Shown here piece after piece: positions 10,241 through 20,134 of a DNA stretch of 64,000 bases. Under the pieces are notes generated by a model that saw only the letters and a list, made by a program, of their open reading frames with translations, was not told the DNA's origin and searched no databases. Position 1 is the first letter of the stretch; each line of letters opens with the position of its first letter. Origin of the DNA: an uncultured virus (IMG/VR IMGVR_UViG_3300016472_000848) (Duplodnaviria > Heunggongvirae > Uroviricota > Caudoviricetes); the IMG/VR virus record IMGVR_UViG_3300016472_000848, positions 62,001 to 126,000 of that record. One strand, written 5' to 3'. The position numbers and the translations under genes are program-made.

Positions 10241-13200
10241 ATGGCAAATAATTCTTCACAAAATATAACTGAAAATAAGCCTAGCTTATTTACTCCATCG
10301 GTCGTTAGAAACATAAAAAATCAAATTGCCAATAATGCCGAATATAAAGTTACATATGGAGAAGTTGTAGCTGACTCAAATATTGAATCATCTAATTCAA
10401 TTAAGTTTGCTCTCCCAGGAGAGGGAATCAAATCAACTCAACAATTAAATATTGATTGGAATAAATTTGAAAATCATACTTTTTTTAATTCTGCACAAGT
10501 AAAAACAAATGTTGCATTTGATAAAATTATAAACGAATATCCTTTTGATGGTAGTCAAAAAGAAGTTGAAAATTATTTTGATAATTTAACCGGGTTTGAA
10601 AAATGGATTTATGACAATTATCCAAAATATAAAGGATATCTTTTCTTTTCTGGAACAAATGTGGGTGAACCTTCTGGGGGAACTTATATAACGGTCAAAG
10701 ACATTGCTGGAGCCTCTTATCCATCAGTTTCAAGAACCACTAACGGTTCACAAGTATTAAATCCTGGCAACAAATCTTTAACTATCGAATTTTATTTATT
10801 TGTTCCAGCAAAAGCAAACACCGAACAAGTAATCTTAGATAAGCATATAGAGTCTGGTGTAAATAAACAAGGATTTTATATTGGTTTACAAAATGAAGTA
10901 TTAACAACGCATACCTCAATGAGTTTTTATGTCATGTCTGGTACTGTGATGGATTCTTTAACAGTAGGAGTAGAAAAGGGTTCTTGGAATCATTTTACAT
11001 TCATATGGGACAGAACTCCAGGCGTTTATAAAAGCTTTGTATATAAAAATGGAATTTTTCAAAACTCAAGTTCTTATGGTGTTGAATTTCAAGAAATGTA
11101 TGCTTCGCAACCTGATTTGTTAATTGGTTCTGGAAGTACTCTAACTGGATTTTTTACTCCACAGACAACATTTTCTGGTGCATTGGACGAATTAAGGATT
11201 TGGCATACGGTAAGAAATTTAACAGATATTAATGAATACATGCAAAAATCAATTTTTGCAAAAGAAAATTTAAAACTTTATTATAAATTAAATGAACCAG
11301 CGAATATAAGCAGTGCATTAGTAATAGATCACTCTTCTAATTCTTTACATGGTAAATTAAGTAATTCTGCAATTGCATTAAAAGTAAGAGAAGTTTCAAC
11401 TGGATCGATTGCCGGTTCTACGCCAATGATTTATGAAAAGTTAGAATTTTCTCCGGTTTTATTTCCATCATATCCTGAAGTTGGCAACATGAGATATGAA
11501 TTGCTGTATAGTGGTTCCATATATGATCAAAAAAATCCAAACTTGATTACAAAATTAATACCTCCTCATTATCTTTACGAAGGTCAAATAGAAAGTGCCC
11601 TAGAAACTGAAGAGGGAGAAATTGTAACGACGCTACAAGGTGGAACAGATCCAAGATCTGTAAAGCTCGGTGCCACACAAACATTATTATTATTACTTTA
11701 TACCTGGGCTAAATTCTTTGATGAAATGAAATTGTTCATCCAAGCTTTTGCAGATATCAATTTTATTGATTATGACGAAACCGATACGGTTCCAGATCAG
11801 TTTTTATTACAATTTGCAAAAAATTATGGAATTGATTTACCGCCATTATTTTCTGGTGCATCAATTGGACAATTTTTAAATGCAGAAAATATTCAGGATG
11901 ATATCAGTACTAATACTTTATCTTTGCAATATATACAAAATCAAATCTGGAGAAGAATTTTAAACAATTTACAAGACGTTATTCAATCAAAGGGCACAAT
12001 ACATTCCGTTAAAGCATTTATTAGATCAGTAGGAATAGATCCGGATAATAATTTTAGAATAAGAGAATATGGCGGTCCTACAAAAAGATCTTTATCGTTC
12101 GTAAGAGACAATCGCTCGGAAGTTTCTACTGCTTTATCTTTTATATCTGGTGGTTTACTTACTAGTCCATTTTTAAGTGCTTCACGTATAGAACCAGGAA
12201 TACCAATTCCTACAGGCACATCTAATGATGAATTATTTACTTCTGGTTCTTGGACTTATGAAGCAACCTATCTTTTTTCTAAGGATAAAAAATATCAATC
12301 ATTACAGTCGTTACTAAGATTAAACACAACAGGCTCTAGCCTCCCAGGAAATGAAGTTTGGGGAAATCTTGTATTCGTATCTGGCACAAACAACGGAACC
12401 TTAAATGCCTTTTTAAGACCAAATACAAATTCATCTAGCCCTGTACTTACGATGACATTGACAGGGGTAGATTTATTTGATGGTAATCAATGGTATGTTT
12501 CTTTGGGCAGAACTAGAAACGATTTATTTCCACCAGATACAATCTCCATTGTTTCATCTTCATATTTTTTAAGAGCTGGAAAACAAAACTTTGGCTCTAT
12601 TTTACAATTGGCTCAAACATCATCCTATTTTGATGAATCAATAGGTGGTGGAGCTAATATACAACAAGTTTTAAATGCTAATTTTAATGCTTCTGGCTCT
12701 TATTTTACTGTAGGATCGCAATCAATAGATACTACATTGCCAGCATTTTTAAATGCTAGCATGATATCAAATCCAGTTCATGGTGTTACTGATTTTAATG
12801 GAAAAATAACTCAAATAAGATTTTGGACTAAATCTATAACGGAAAAAGAATGGAAAGAGCACGTATTAGATTATAAATCAGTTGGTGTTCAAGATCCATC
12901 AACTAATTTTAATTTTATAACAAATAAAAGTGGATCATGGGAAAGATTAAGAATTGATGCATCTACAGATCAAATAGATCTAGAAACAGATAGCGCAGGA
13001 AATATAAGCATTTTTGACTTTACTCAAAATAATTTTCATTTATCCGGCACCTCTTTTCCAGCTACGTCGTCCATAATAAACCCAGAAAGATTTTATTACA
13101 GTTATATTTCACCAAAATTTGATGAAGCTAGCACGGTAGACAAGGTAAGAGTTAGAAGTTTTCAAGAATTTGAAAATGTGCAACTGTATCCATGGGCAGA

Positions 13201-13672
13201 AGTAGCCCCAGTTTATCAACTGGTTCCATCAGAATTACCAACTGACAATACAAGATTTACAATAGATTTTAGTGTAATAGATGCTCTAGACCAAGATATC
13301 ATAACAATCTTTTCAACATTAGATAGCTTGGATAATGTATTAGGAAGCCCAGAATTATTGTTTTCGCCAGATTATCCAGGGCTAGCAAACTTAAGAGAAA
13401 TTTATTTCAATAAATTAGTTGATAAGATTAATATAAAAAATTTCTTTGAATTTTTCAAATGGTTCGATACAAACATAGGAACATTCGTTGCTCAATTAAT
13501 TCCGAGAAAAACTAAATTTTTAGGAACAAATTTCGTAATTCAAAGTCATATGTTGGAACGTCCAAAGATGGAATATTTATATAATGAAATTTATCTTGGT
13601 GATAGCAATAGAGATGCGTTGAGATCAGTAATACTACTGCAACTTTTTACAGGAACTTTTGTAAAATATTAG
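10241..13672 (+). CDS. large baseplate wedge protein with LamG/concanavalin-like domains (gp7/P2 gpI-like segment)
   Basis: LamG motifs (GSWNHFTF, FSGALDELRIW, FNGKITQIRFW) flank QIWRRILNNL..IQSKGT..SVKAFIRSVGI, typical of wedge proteins. Confidence 0.7.
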   Translation: MANNSSQNITENKPSLFTPSVVRNIKNQIANNAEYKVTYGEVVADSNIESSNSIKFALPGEGIKSTQQLNIDWNKFENHTFFNSAQVKTNVAFDKIINEYPFDGSQKEVENYFDNLTGFEKWIYDNYPKYKGYLFFSGTNVGEPSGGTYITVKDIAGASYPSVSRTTNGSQVLNPGNKSLTIEFYLFVPAKANTEQVILDKHIESGVNKQGFYIGLQNEVLTTHTSMSFYVMSGTVMDSLTVGVEKGSWNHFTFIWDRTPGVYKSFVYKNGIFQNSSSYGVEFQEMYASQPDLLIGSGSTLTGFFTPQTTFSGALDELRIWHTVRNLTDINEYMQKSIFAKENLKLYYKLNEPANISSALVIDHSSNSLHGKLSNSAIALKVREVSTGSIAGSTPMIYEKLEFSPVLFPSYPEVGNMRYELLYSGSIYDQKNPNLITKLIPPHYLYEGQIESALETEEGEIVTTLQGGTDPRSVKLGATQTLLLLLYTWAKFFDEMKLFIQAFADINFIDYDETDTVPDQFLLQFAKNYGIDLPPLFSGASIGQFLNAENIQDDISTNTLSLQYIQNQIWRRILNNLQDVIQSKGTIHSVKAFIRSVGIDPDNNFRIREYGGPTKRSLSFVRDNRSEVSTALSFISGGLLTSPFLSASRIEPGIPIPTGTSNDELFTSGSWTYEATYLFSKDKKYQSLQSLLRLNTTGSSLPGNEVWGNLVFVSGTNNGTLNAFLRPNTNSSSPVLTMTLTGVDLFDGNQWYVSLGRTRNDLFPPDTISIVSSSYFLRAGKQNFGSILQLAQTSSYFDESIGGGANIQQVLNANFNASGSYFTVGSQSIDTTLPAFLNASMISNPVHGVTDFNGKITQIRFWTKSITEKEWKEHVLDYKSVGVQDPSTNFNFITNKSGSWERLRIDASTDQIDLETDSAGNISIFDFTQNNFHLSGTSFPATSSIINPERFYYSYISPKFDEASTVDKVRVRSFQEFENVQLYPWAEVAPVYQLVPSELPTDNTRFTIDFSVIDALDQDIITIFSTLDSLDNVLGSPELLFSPDYPGLANLREIYFNKLVDKINIKNFFEFFKWFDTNIGTFVAQLIPRKTKFLGTNFVIQSHMLERPKMEYLYNEIYLGDSNRDALRSVILLQLFTGTFVKY

Positions 13673-13732
13673 TTTTTAAAATGTGAAATAGAAATAAATT
13701 ATTGTTATAATAATTCATTTTTTGTTTTAATA

Positions 13733-13740
13733 ATAATTAA
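13733..13740 (+). promoter_or_regulatory. putative late promoter motif ATAATTAA
   Basis: Intergenic copy ~25 nt before ATG 13766. Confidence 0.35.
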
Positions 13741-13765
13741 GAATTAGCTGTTTCATAGGAAATGA

Positions 13766-14665
13766 ATGTCTACATTAGCGCAAGTAGAAAGTAGTCTTGG
13801 ATTAAGATTTACACCGTTTGACGATTCTCAACAGGTTGCTGTAGGAATATTGGCTGCAATTAGAAGTCAAGTTTCTTCTGGATATATTACAAAAAATATT
13901 GATCCTTATCGTCAAGGCGTAGAAATAACATCAGGCAAATATCTTTATAATTCTACTCAGCCAAAATTATGGGCTGGAAATATTTTTCAAATAGTAAATA
14001 TTTCAACTTTTGGGCAGGCGAGAAGCTGGACCGAATATACGAATAATGAAATTTACGATGACATGATCATTGATTTTGATCCTGTTCAATATATTAATTC
14101 TGGCAAAAATTATCCATTCCCCATTTATTTTAACAATGGACCCATGCAGGAAGAGGAAGCAATAATAGAGCCTTTTACAATTCCATATAGAAAAGATTAC
14201 ATCTGGGGTGCAAATCCTCCAAGGGGAGTACACGCCGAATTAGAAGATGGTAATAACTTTGCAGATCCAAAAAAGGGGTCAAGTTTTATAAAACAATTTA
14301 TTGATTACAACCCACCTTTAGATCCATATTATTTCCTAGATGATGGACAACAATATTTCGGAACCTCTGTAACATCTTCTGTAATAATAAATGGTTATTC
14401 ACCTATTTTAATTAGAAATATTGATCCATTTAACGATACTAATGACGAGAAGATAGTGGCACAAATTTCTTCTTCTTTAGACGATACTGTTGCAAACATG
14501 GATTTTATTGCCAAGCTAAAACTTTTACACATAGAATTAGATGACGATATAAGAGAAACCTATACACAAAAATCTGCTACTGCTGGATATTCGGTATATG
14601 GTCCGCAGCAATCCCTGTATGGCACAGATTCTATTGCATTTACTGGTTGGTTAAGAGGAAGCTGA
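13766..14665 (+). CDS. putative virion structural protein
   Basis: Within the tail block; ends YGTDSIAFTGWLRGS; no catalytic motif. Confidence 0.6.
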   Translation: MSTLAQVESSLGLRFTPFDDSQQVAVGILAAIRSQVSSGYITKNIDPYRQGVEITSGKYLYNSTQPKLWAGNIFQIVNISTFGQARSWTEYTNNEIYDDMIIDFDPVQYINSGKNYPFPIYFNNGPMQEEEAIIEPFTIPYRKDYIWGANPPRGVHAELEDGNNFADPKKGSSFIKQFIDYNPPLDPYYFLDDGQQYFGTSVTSSVIINGYSPILIRNIDPFNDTNDEKIVAQISSSLDDTVANMDFIAKLKLLHIELDDDIRETYTQKSATAGYSVYGPQQSLYGTDSIAFTGWLRGS

Positions 14666-14670
14666 ATAAC

Positions 14671-16419
14671 ATGTCTAGACAAGAGAAAAAAACAAGAATA
14701 AGGATGCTTCCACCACGTATTCAGTTGCAACAACGAGATGCACTTACCGGATCATATCCTACTAATGTCAGGTTTTCTATAGACGGCAGAACCGGCGATT
14801 ATAACGTTAATTTTAATGATCGATATTCTGTAGTGTTTACATCATCAAATACGTATCTGCCAGGTATAGGATTTCCAGTTGGAAATATATGGTTAACTAA
14901 TAGCTCATCAAATGATTTAACTTCTAGCATTGTTGCACCTGGTAATGTTCGTTCTCAGGTAGTTGATGGTTTACCGTTTTTTCATTTTACACCGGGTCAA
15001 GACCTTACTCCATTTAGAGACAATGATCAACCGGCTGTAGATGGTAAATCAACCAACAATCCTTTCTTTGCTATCGGTAGTGCAGTATCTGATATTGGTG
15101 AAGGTTTTAGTTCTCCACTTTGGAGCAAAAATAAAATAGAAATCGATTTATCTGCCAAAGATTCTACTTCATTAATTTCTTTTTGTCAAGGAACTGGTGT
15201 AACAAAAAATTTAGCATATTATAATTTCATAAATAAAACATGGGAACCCTTAAATGGCAATCATGGACCTCGGCAAACTAACGACATTGGAACCCATAAA
15301 ATGGCATTTACTCCAAGTTTAATGACATGGACCAATGATTTAAACCCATCAAATAAAGGTGTTGCAAGTACAACTTTTGGGTTTCCGTTTCATGCTTTAT
15401 ATGCAGCTACTAGTTCGCAATTGTTATCAATGAAAAACTATATAAATGAACCATTTTTATTAGAAAAAGTTGTTGTTGAATTCACCAGCTCTTTTCAATC
15501 TGGAATAGAAGAGGTTTTTAAAAAGGGCGAACAATTTGATTACAATGGAGATCCTATAGAATTTTCAAGTAGCTATGCTATAAATAATTTTTTTATACTA
15601 AATCAAAGATTTTACACCGTGTCTCAAAGAAGCATATTTTCTGGATTTTATGATTGGGATTATCCAAAATATATAACGACTAAAATTCCAGATGGAAATG
15701 TTAATACTATTCGTGATTTAATTGGATATGGTTCGATAGCTTCTTTTAACAATGCATTTGGATGGGCATATACTGCTTCAATAAATCCAACTGGATTATA
15801 CAACGGAACTTGGAAAAGGGATTTAAATATAATTGATAATATTACATTTGATGCAACAAAATCATTATGGTCCGGAAGATATGAATTATCTTTTTCAATA
15901 AAAGTCCCAAATAAATTTGGAAATGTAGACACAGATCAAAAAAATATTTTATCATTTCCAAAAGCTATTGCAAATCAAGTATTTGATGGAGGAATAGCAG
16001 CAGACAGTATAGGTCATATTAACAATGGAGGATCCATTGGATTAGGACTCAGTTCTCCAAGTGGACGCAATTATTTAAGTCCAATTGCTGCTATAAATCC
16101 TGATAGTTATTATACGCCAACCTATAGTGGGATAAGAGTTCCAGTAGTAAATTCGAATGAATATAGTAAAATATGTCCATATTTACTCTTACCAACGGAT
16201 AATATTGTATTTGGTTGGGCAGCAGCTACTTTAGACGATTATGAATTTATTGGAAACGTATCCGTTTCACCAGCGCCACTTACTTCCTCGGTGTATACAA
16301 TTGCTGCTGGACCTGCAAAAGTAACACTATATGGCTCCTACGTAAGAGAAGGGCAAGAATATAACGATGGAACAAATCAATTGTTATCATCTGATTGTAT
16401 ACATGAGGTAATGGAATAA
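14671..16419 (+). CDS. putative virion structural protein
   Basis: Ser/Thr/Gly/Asn-rich, predicted beta-rich; ATG 14671 preferred to TTG 14647. Confidence 0.6.
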   Translation: MSRQEKKTRIRMLPPRIQLQQRDALTGSYPTNVRFSIDGRTGDYNVNFNDRYSVVFTSSNTYLPGIGFPVGNIWLTNSSSNDLTSSIVAPGNVRSQVVDGLPFFHFTPGQDLTPFRDNDQPAVDGKSTNNPFFAIGSAVSDIGEGFSSPLWSKNKIEIDLSAKDSTSLISFCQGTGVTKNLAYYNFINKTWEPLNGNHGPRQTNDIGTHKMAFTPSLMTWTNDLNPSNKGVASTTFGFPFHALYAATSSQLLSMKNYINEPFLLEKVVVEFTSSFQSGIEEVFKKGEQFDYNGDPIEFSSSYAINNFFILNQRFYTVSQRSIFSGFYDWDYPKYITTKIPDGNVNTIRDLIGYGSIASFNNAFGWAYTASINPTGLYNGTWKRDLNIIDNITFDATKSLWSGRYELSFSIKVPNKFGNVDTDQKNILSFPKAIANQVFDGGIAADSIGHINNGGSIGLGLSSPSGRNYLSPIAAINPDSYYTPTYSGIRVPVVNSNEYSKICPYLLLPTDNIVFGWAAATLDDYEFIGNVSVSPAPLTSSVYTIAAGPAKVTLYGSYVREGQEYNDGTNQLLSSDCIHEVME

Positions 16420-16420
16420 T

Positions 16421-19171
16421 ATGCCTGTCTTTGATCAATATGAAGTTGAACCAGTTTTTTCTTACAGCGGCAGCTATACAGATAATATTAATGTTATCAA
16501 TCCTATTTTGAGCAGTTCAACCGCACTTGCTTTATATATCGGAAGCAAAAATACAGGATTAAATAATAACATTAATTTAATTAATTTTACTTATTTAGAC
16601 AGGTTGGACTATATTTCCGGTTCAAAAGGCGGAACCATAACCCAAAACATATACAACCAGGGCATATCAAATGAACGCTATTATGATTCAATACCTCCAG
16701 ATTTATTATCTTTATATTCTCTAGATGCAAAAATACCGAGCTTTGGCTCAACGATAGCAAATAATTCAAAATATGGATTTTTATCAGACAGCTCTATACA
16801 TAATAGACCTTTGATACCAGAAACAAATATACCAATTATAATTGGTCCTATTGGTTCGCGAAGTATACTTTCTTCTAATGCATCATATGAATTTATTAAC
16901 TTTTCATGGAAAGAAAGTCCATGGTCATATCAATCAAAATACAAAAATATACTCAGACAATCTGTGTTTAATAATAGGTTATATGAAAATATACCCAGTA
17001 TTGCGAAAAGCTTAGATGGAATCGCTATACCAAGTACATTGTGTACTCACATAGGATCCTTATATTGGGCTCTTCCAATAAATTTTGGTCCCAGTACAGA
17101 TGGCGGTATAATAAAATCCCCTATATTATTTGTTACCTCTGGATCAAATGCGAATACCTTATTTTTTGAACATTGTAATCTACCGGCAGCAGAAGATTTA
17201 CGTAATATAATATATAATTCTAGTACCGGAGATGCCGTAAATGGTTTCGTGAAAGATGTGTATGTTTCTGTTGGAAGAAAATTTGGTATGGCTTATTCTT
17301 TTAATGGAATCAAATGGTTTCCGCTATCTGGACTTAATACTAATGATAAACTAATACAAACTACTAACATTAGCATTGGTGATATTGTTGGGCAATTTGA
17401 TCAAATATCATATTCTGTTGATGGAACCGGAATAGCTACTACTGGGCGACACAGAAGATACATTATTGTTAATACCAGGGTTGGCGCAACGGGTGGAGGC
17501 ATATACATACAAAATGTAAGTAAAAAAATTCCATATACAGATACTCCTTCAGATTGGACTTATTACAGCAATGGAGACTTAGCAACTGGAGGATACGTGG
17601 CTGGATTGCCAGTATCAACTCAACTTAACATAAGCTCAATTGCATTTAATGATCCATATGCATATATGAGTGACGGTGATGGTAAGTTTTGCATGGTTGG
17701 AAGAAGAAATAACAGTTCTACGTTACCACTTATATTAATTGCTGATCGAGCACCGACTATGGCTCCGAATTCAATACTATATATTGCCTCTCCGGTAACA
17801 AATAAACAATTAAATGACGTTACGATAAGTTTAACTTCAACTGCAACAGCAGCACGTTGGTTTGCCTGTGGTAATGATGGAACAATTGTACATAGCACAG
17901 AATATATAGGAACCGTTTTGCCATGGAACAACGTATCAATCTCTCCAGCGATAACTGAAGATTTTAATACTATTGCTGCTCGACCATCTTCTTCTGCAAG
18001 CAGCACGATAATTGTTGCTGGTACAAACGGCGTTGCATACAGGGCAACAAAAAATAACGCACCTGTAATATCTCCTTGGACAGCAGTAATTGGATTACCC
18101 AGTGGTGTTACATGGAAAAAAGTAATACCGGTTAAAAGAACAGATTCAAATATACAATGGTTTTTAGTTGGATATTCAGGAACATCGATTAATCCAACAT
18201 CGTCTGATCAGCCAGTAATATACTATAGCACAGATGACGGACAAAATTGGTCTGAATTCGCAAATAAAACAACTAACTGGGGTACAAAATTTAGGCAGTG
18301 GGCGCACGATCCGGATGGAAATTTTCCTCTTTTTTGCGGAATAGCTAGTGTACCATCGGCAACTCTAAATCCGAGTTCAGTAAATCAAGGATATAAAACT
18401 TTACAAACTATGATTTTAGGTGGAGGAAATATTTGGGAATATAATACTTTTCCTAATAATATTACTCTTGCAAAAATTTCTGACATTGAAACCATTTACA
18501 GTAGTTCCGCATTATATGCATCTTATTTTGAAAGTAAAAACTGTAAATTTGCCGAGGCTTTGCAATTACGACCAATAACTGGACTGTTAGAACCAGAAAA
18601 CTATTATCATAAGAACGTTATACCAAGCAGTATTGTTCCATTTAAGCATTTTTTTGGATTCGGAGATGGTGTTACTTTCCAATTTGGAGAAAATCCATAT
18701 GGTGGATTTGAAACTAGTTCAAAATTTGGTGGAAATTTAAAAATAGAAAAAGCACCAATTAATACTTTTTGGGACGTATATGACGGATGGGAAGAGAGAG
18801 GACCGGAAGCCATAAAAATATACGGTGGACTAATTCGTGGTTGGCATTATGGCTTATATAATGCTTTACCCGCATTTACTAAACAAATTAATAGAAGAGG
18901 AAAATTTGGTCAATTAAGAGATACATTAGAAGGTAGAGTTACAGTTGCTAGTTTAACAGAAGCAGATTTTAGTCCTAATACAGATATACCAATTCCAAGA
19001 ACTTTATTTTTCCCTATAGAAATTAATTTTCTTTCTGGTACATTAATATATACTCAGTCTCGTGATTATGTAACCGCAACAAATCCAACATATAATCCTT
19101 ACGACAGTGGTATTTATGACAAATATTATCGAAGTGGGCAACCATTTTTTGATAGACCAAATGAGGATTAA
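16421..19171 (+). CDS. putative receptor-binding/tail appendage protein with beta-propeller-like repeats
   Basis: Repeated blade motifs (YSFNGIKW, LNDV...WFACGNDGTIVHS, FNTIA...IIVAGTNGVAY, YYSTDDGQNW, a BNR/Asp-box). Confidence 0.6.
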   Translation: MPVFDQYEVEPVFSYSGSYTDNINVINPILSSSTALALYIGSKNTGLNNNINLINFTYLDRLDYISGSKGGTITQNIYNQGISNERYYDSIPPDLLSLYSLDAKIPSFGSTIANNSKYGFLSDSSIHNRPLIPETNIPIIIGPIGSRSILSSNASYEFINFSWKESPWSYQSKYKNILRQSVFNNRLYENIPSIAKSLDGIAIPSTLCTHIGSLYWALPINFGPSTDGGIIKSPILFVTSGSNANTLFFEHCNLPAAEDLRNIIYNSSTGDAVNGFVKDVYVSVGRKFGMAYSFNGIKWFPLSGLNTNDKLIQTTNISIGDIVGQFDQISYSVDGTGIATTGRHRRYIIVNTRVGATGGGIYIQNVSKKIPYTDTPSDWTYYSNGDLATGGYVAGLPVSTQLNISSIAFNDPYAYMSDGDGKFCMVGRRNNSSTLPLILIADRAPTMAPNSILYIASPVTNKQLNDVTISLTSTATAARWFACGNDGTIVHSTEYIGTVLPWNNVSISPAITEDFNTIAARPSSSASSTIIVAGTNGVAYRATKNNAPVISPWTAVIGLPSGVTWKKVIPVKRTDSNIQWFLVGYSGTSINPTSSDQPVIYYSTDDGQNWSEFANKTTNWGTKFRQWAHDPDGNFPLFCGIASVPSATLNPSSVNQGYKTLQTMILGGGNIWEYNTFPNNITLAKISDIETIYSSSALYASYFESKNCKFAEALQLRPITGLLEPENYYHKNVIPSSIVPFKHFFGFGDGVTFQFGENPYGGFETSSKFGGNLKIEKAPINTFWDVYDGWEERGPEAIKIYGGLIRGWHYGLYNALPAFTKQINRRGKFGQLRDTLEGRVTVASLTEADFSPNTDIPIPRTLFFPIEINFLSGTLIYTQSRDYVTATNPTYNPYDSGIYDKYYRSGQPFFDRPNED

Positions 19172-19173
19172 TA

Positions 19174-20133
19174 ATGGCTGGAATTTTAAATCCTAAACAA
19201 AGAATATTTGATTCAATTGTAACTCAAGAGGGTCGAGCTCAAATTGCCTCTGGTAAATTAAAAGCAGAATATTATTCTTTTTCAGATTCTGGTGCAATCT
19301 ATCAATTAGATACAATCATATCTGGTGGTTTAGATGTAACATATCGTTTATGTCTTGAGGCAACAAATTTACCACAGGATCTGATTACACTAGAAGCAGA
19401 TGATTCTGGAAAATTAGTTGGAAAGTTTCCTGGACAAGCAAATGAACAAATTGTAATTTCTAATGGTCAAATTTTATCCGGTGCAAACAGAGAAGAACAA
19501 GTTCCTGTTTCTGGATCTCAATTTAATTCTTTGGCAGGAGTATTATTGAGTTCAAGTATAGATAATTTCAAAAAATTACAAATTTTAGCTAGCCCAGATC
19601 CAATAGATGTAAATTATAATGAATTTATAATAAATCCTAAAGAAATAAAATTTAAAATAACTGATGGAAATCTTCCGATAGAAACAAACGGAATAGAGAC
19701 GATAACGATAAATGAAGTAGAAAGTTTATTTCAAGATAAAAGATTAAGTCACGTTCCTAATTTCAGCTTTCTACCGCCAGTAAATAGAGCAAGAATAGGC
19801 TCTACAGAAAAAAATCCATTAGGTGATTACGTTAACATAAATCAATCACCAATTCTTACATATGAGGATTTAGAATCCGAATTAAAACAATCGAGAAATA
19901 AAGGTTATTCAAATTCAATTTATTTTACAGAAACTTCTAGAGAAAATAATTTAGTATGTCAGTTTTTTGAAATATCAAAAGGACAAATGATTAAATTAGA
20001 TGTAATTGATTTTGGTCTATTTCCTGGTGAAAATGAAAAAACAACAAAACATGTATTTTTTGCCGGTAAGATATTTATCGATAACAATGGTTCGTCTACC
20101 TTTGTTAACATGTTTACATTAATCTTTTCTTGA
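19174..20133 (+). CDS. putative virion structural protein (paralog of 30453..31166 N-terminus)
   Basis: MAGILNPKQRIFDSIVTQEGRAQIASG..YYSFSD aligns with MGFLQGDTNNIILDAVLTDQGRQFLSR..KFALGD. Confidence 0.65.
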   Translation: MAGILNPKQRIFDSIVTQEGRAQIASGKLKAEYYSFSDSGAIYQLDTIISGGLDVTYRLCLEATNLPQDLITLEADDSGKLVGKFPGQANEQIVISNGQILSGANREEQVPVSGSQFNSLAGVLLSSSIDNFKKLQILASPDPIDVNYNEFIINPKEIKFKITDGNLPIETNGIETITINEVESLFQDKRLSHVPNFSFLPPVNRARIGSTEKNPLGDYVNINQSPILTYEDLESELKQSRNKGYSNSIYFTETSRENNLVCQFFEISKGQMIKLDVIDFGLFPGENEKTTKHVFFAGKIFIDNNGSSTFVNMFTLIFS

Positions 20134-20134
20134 T

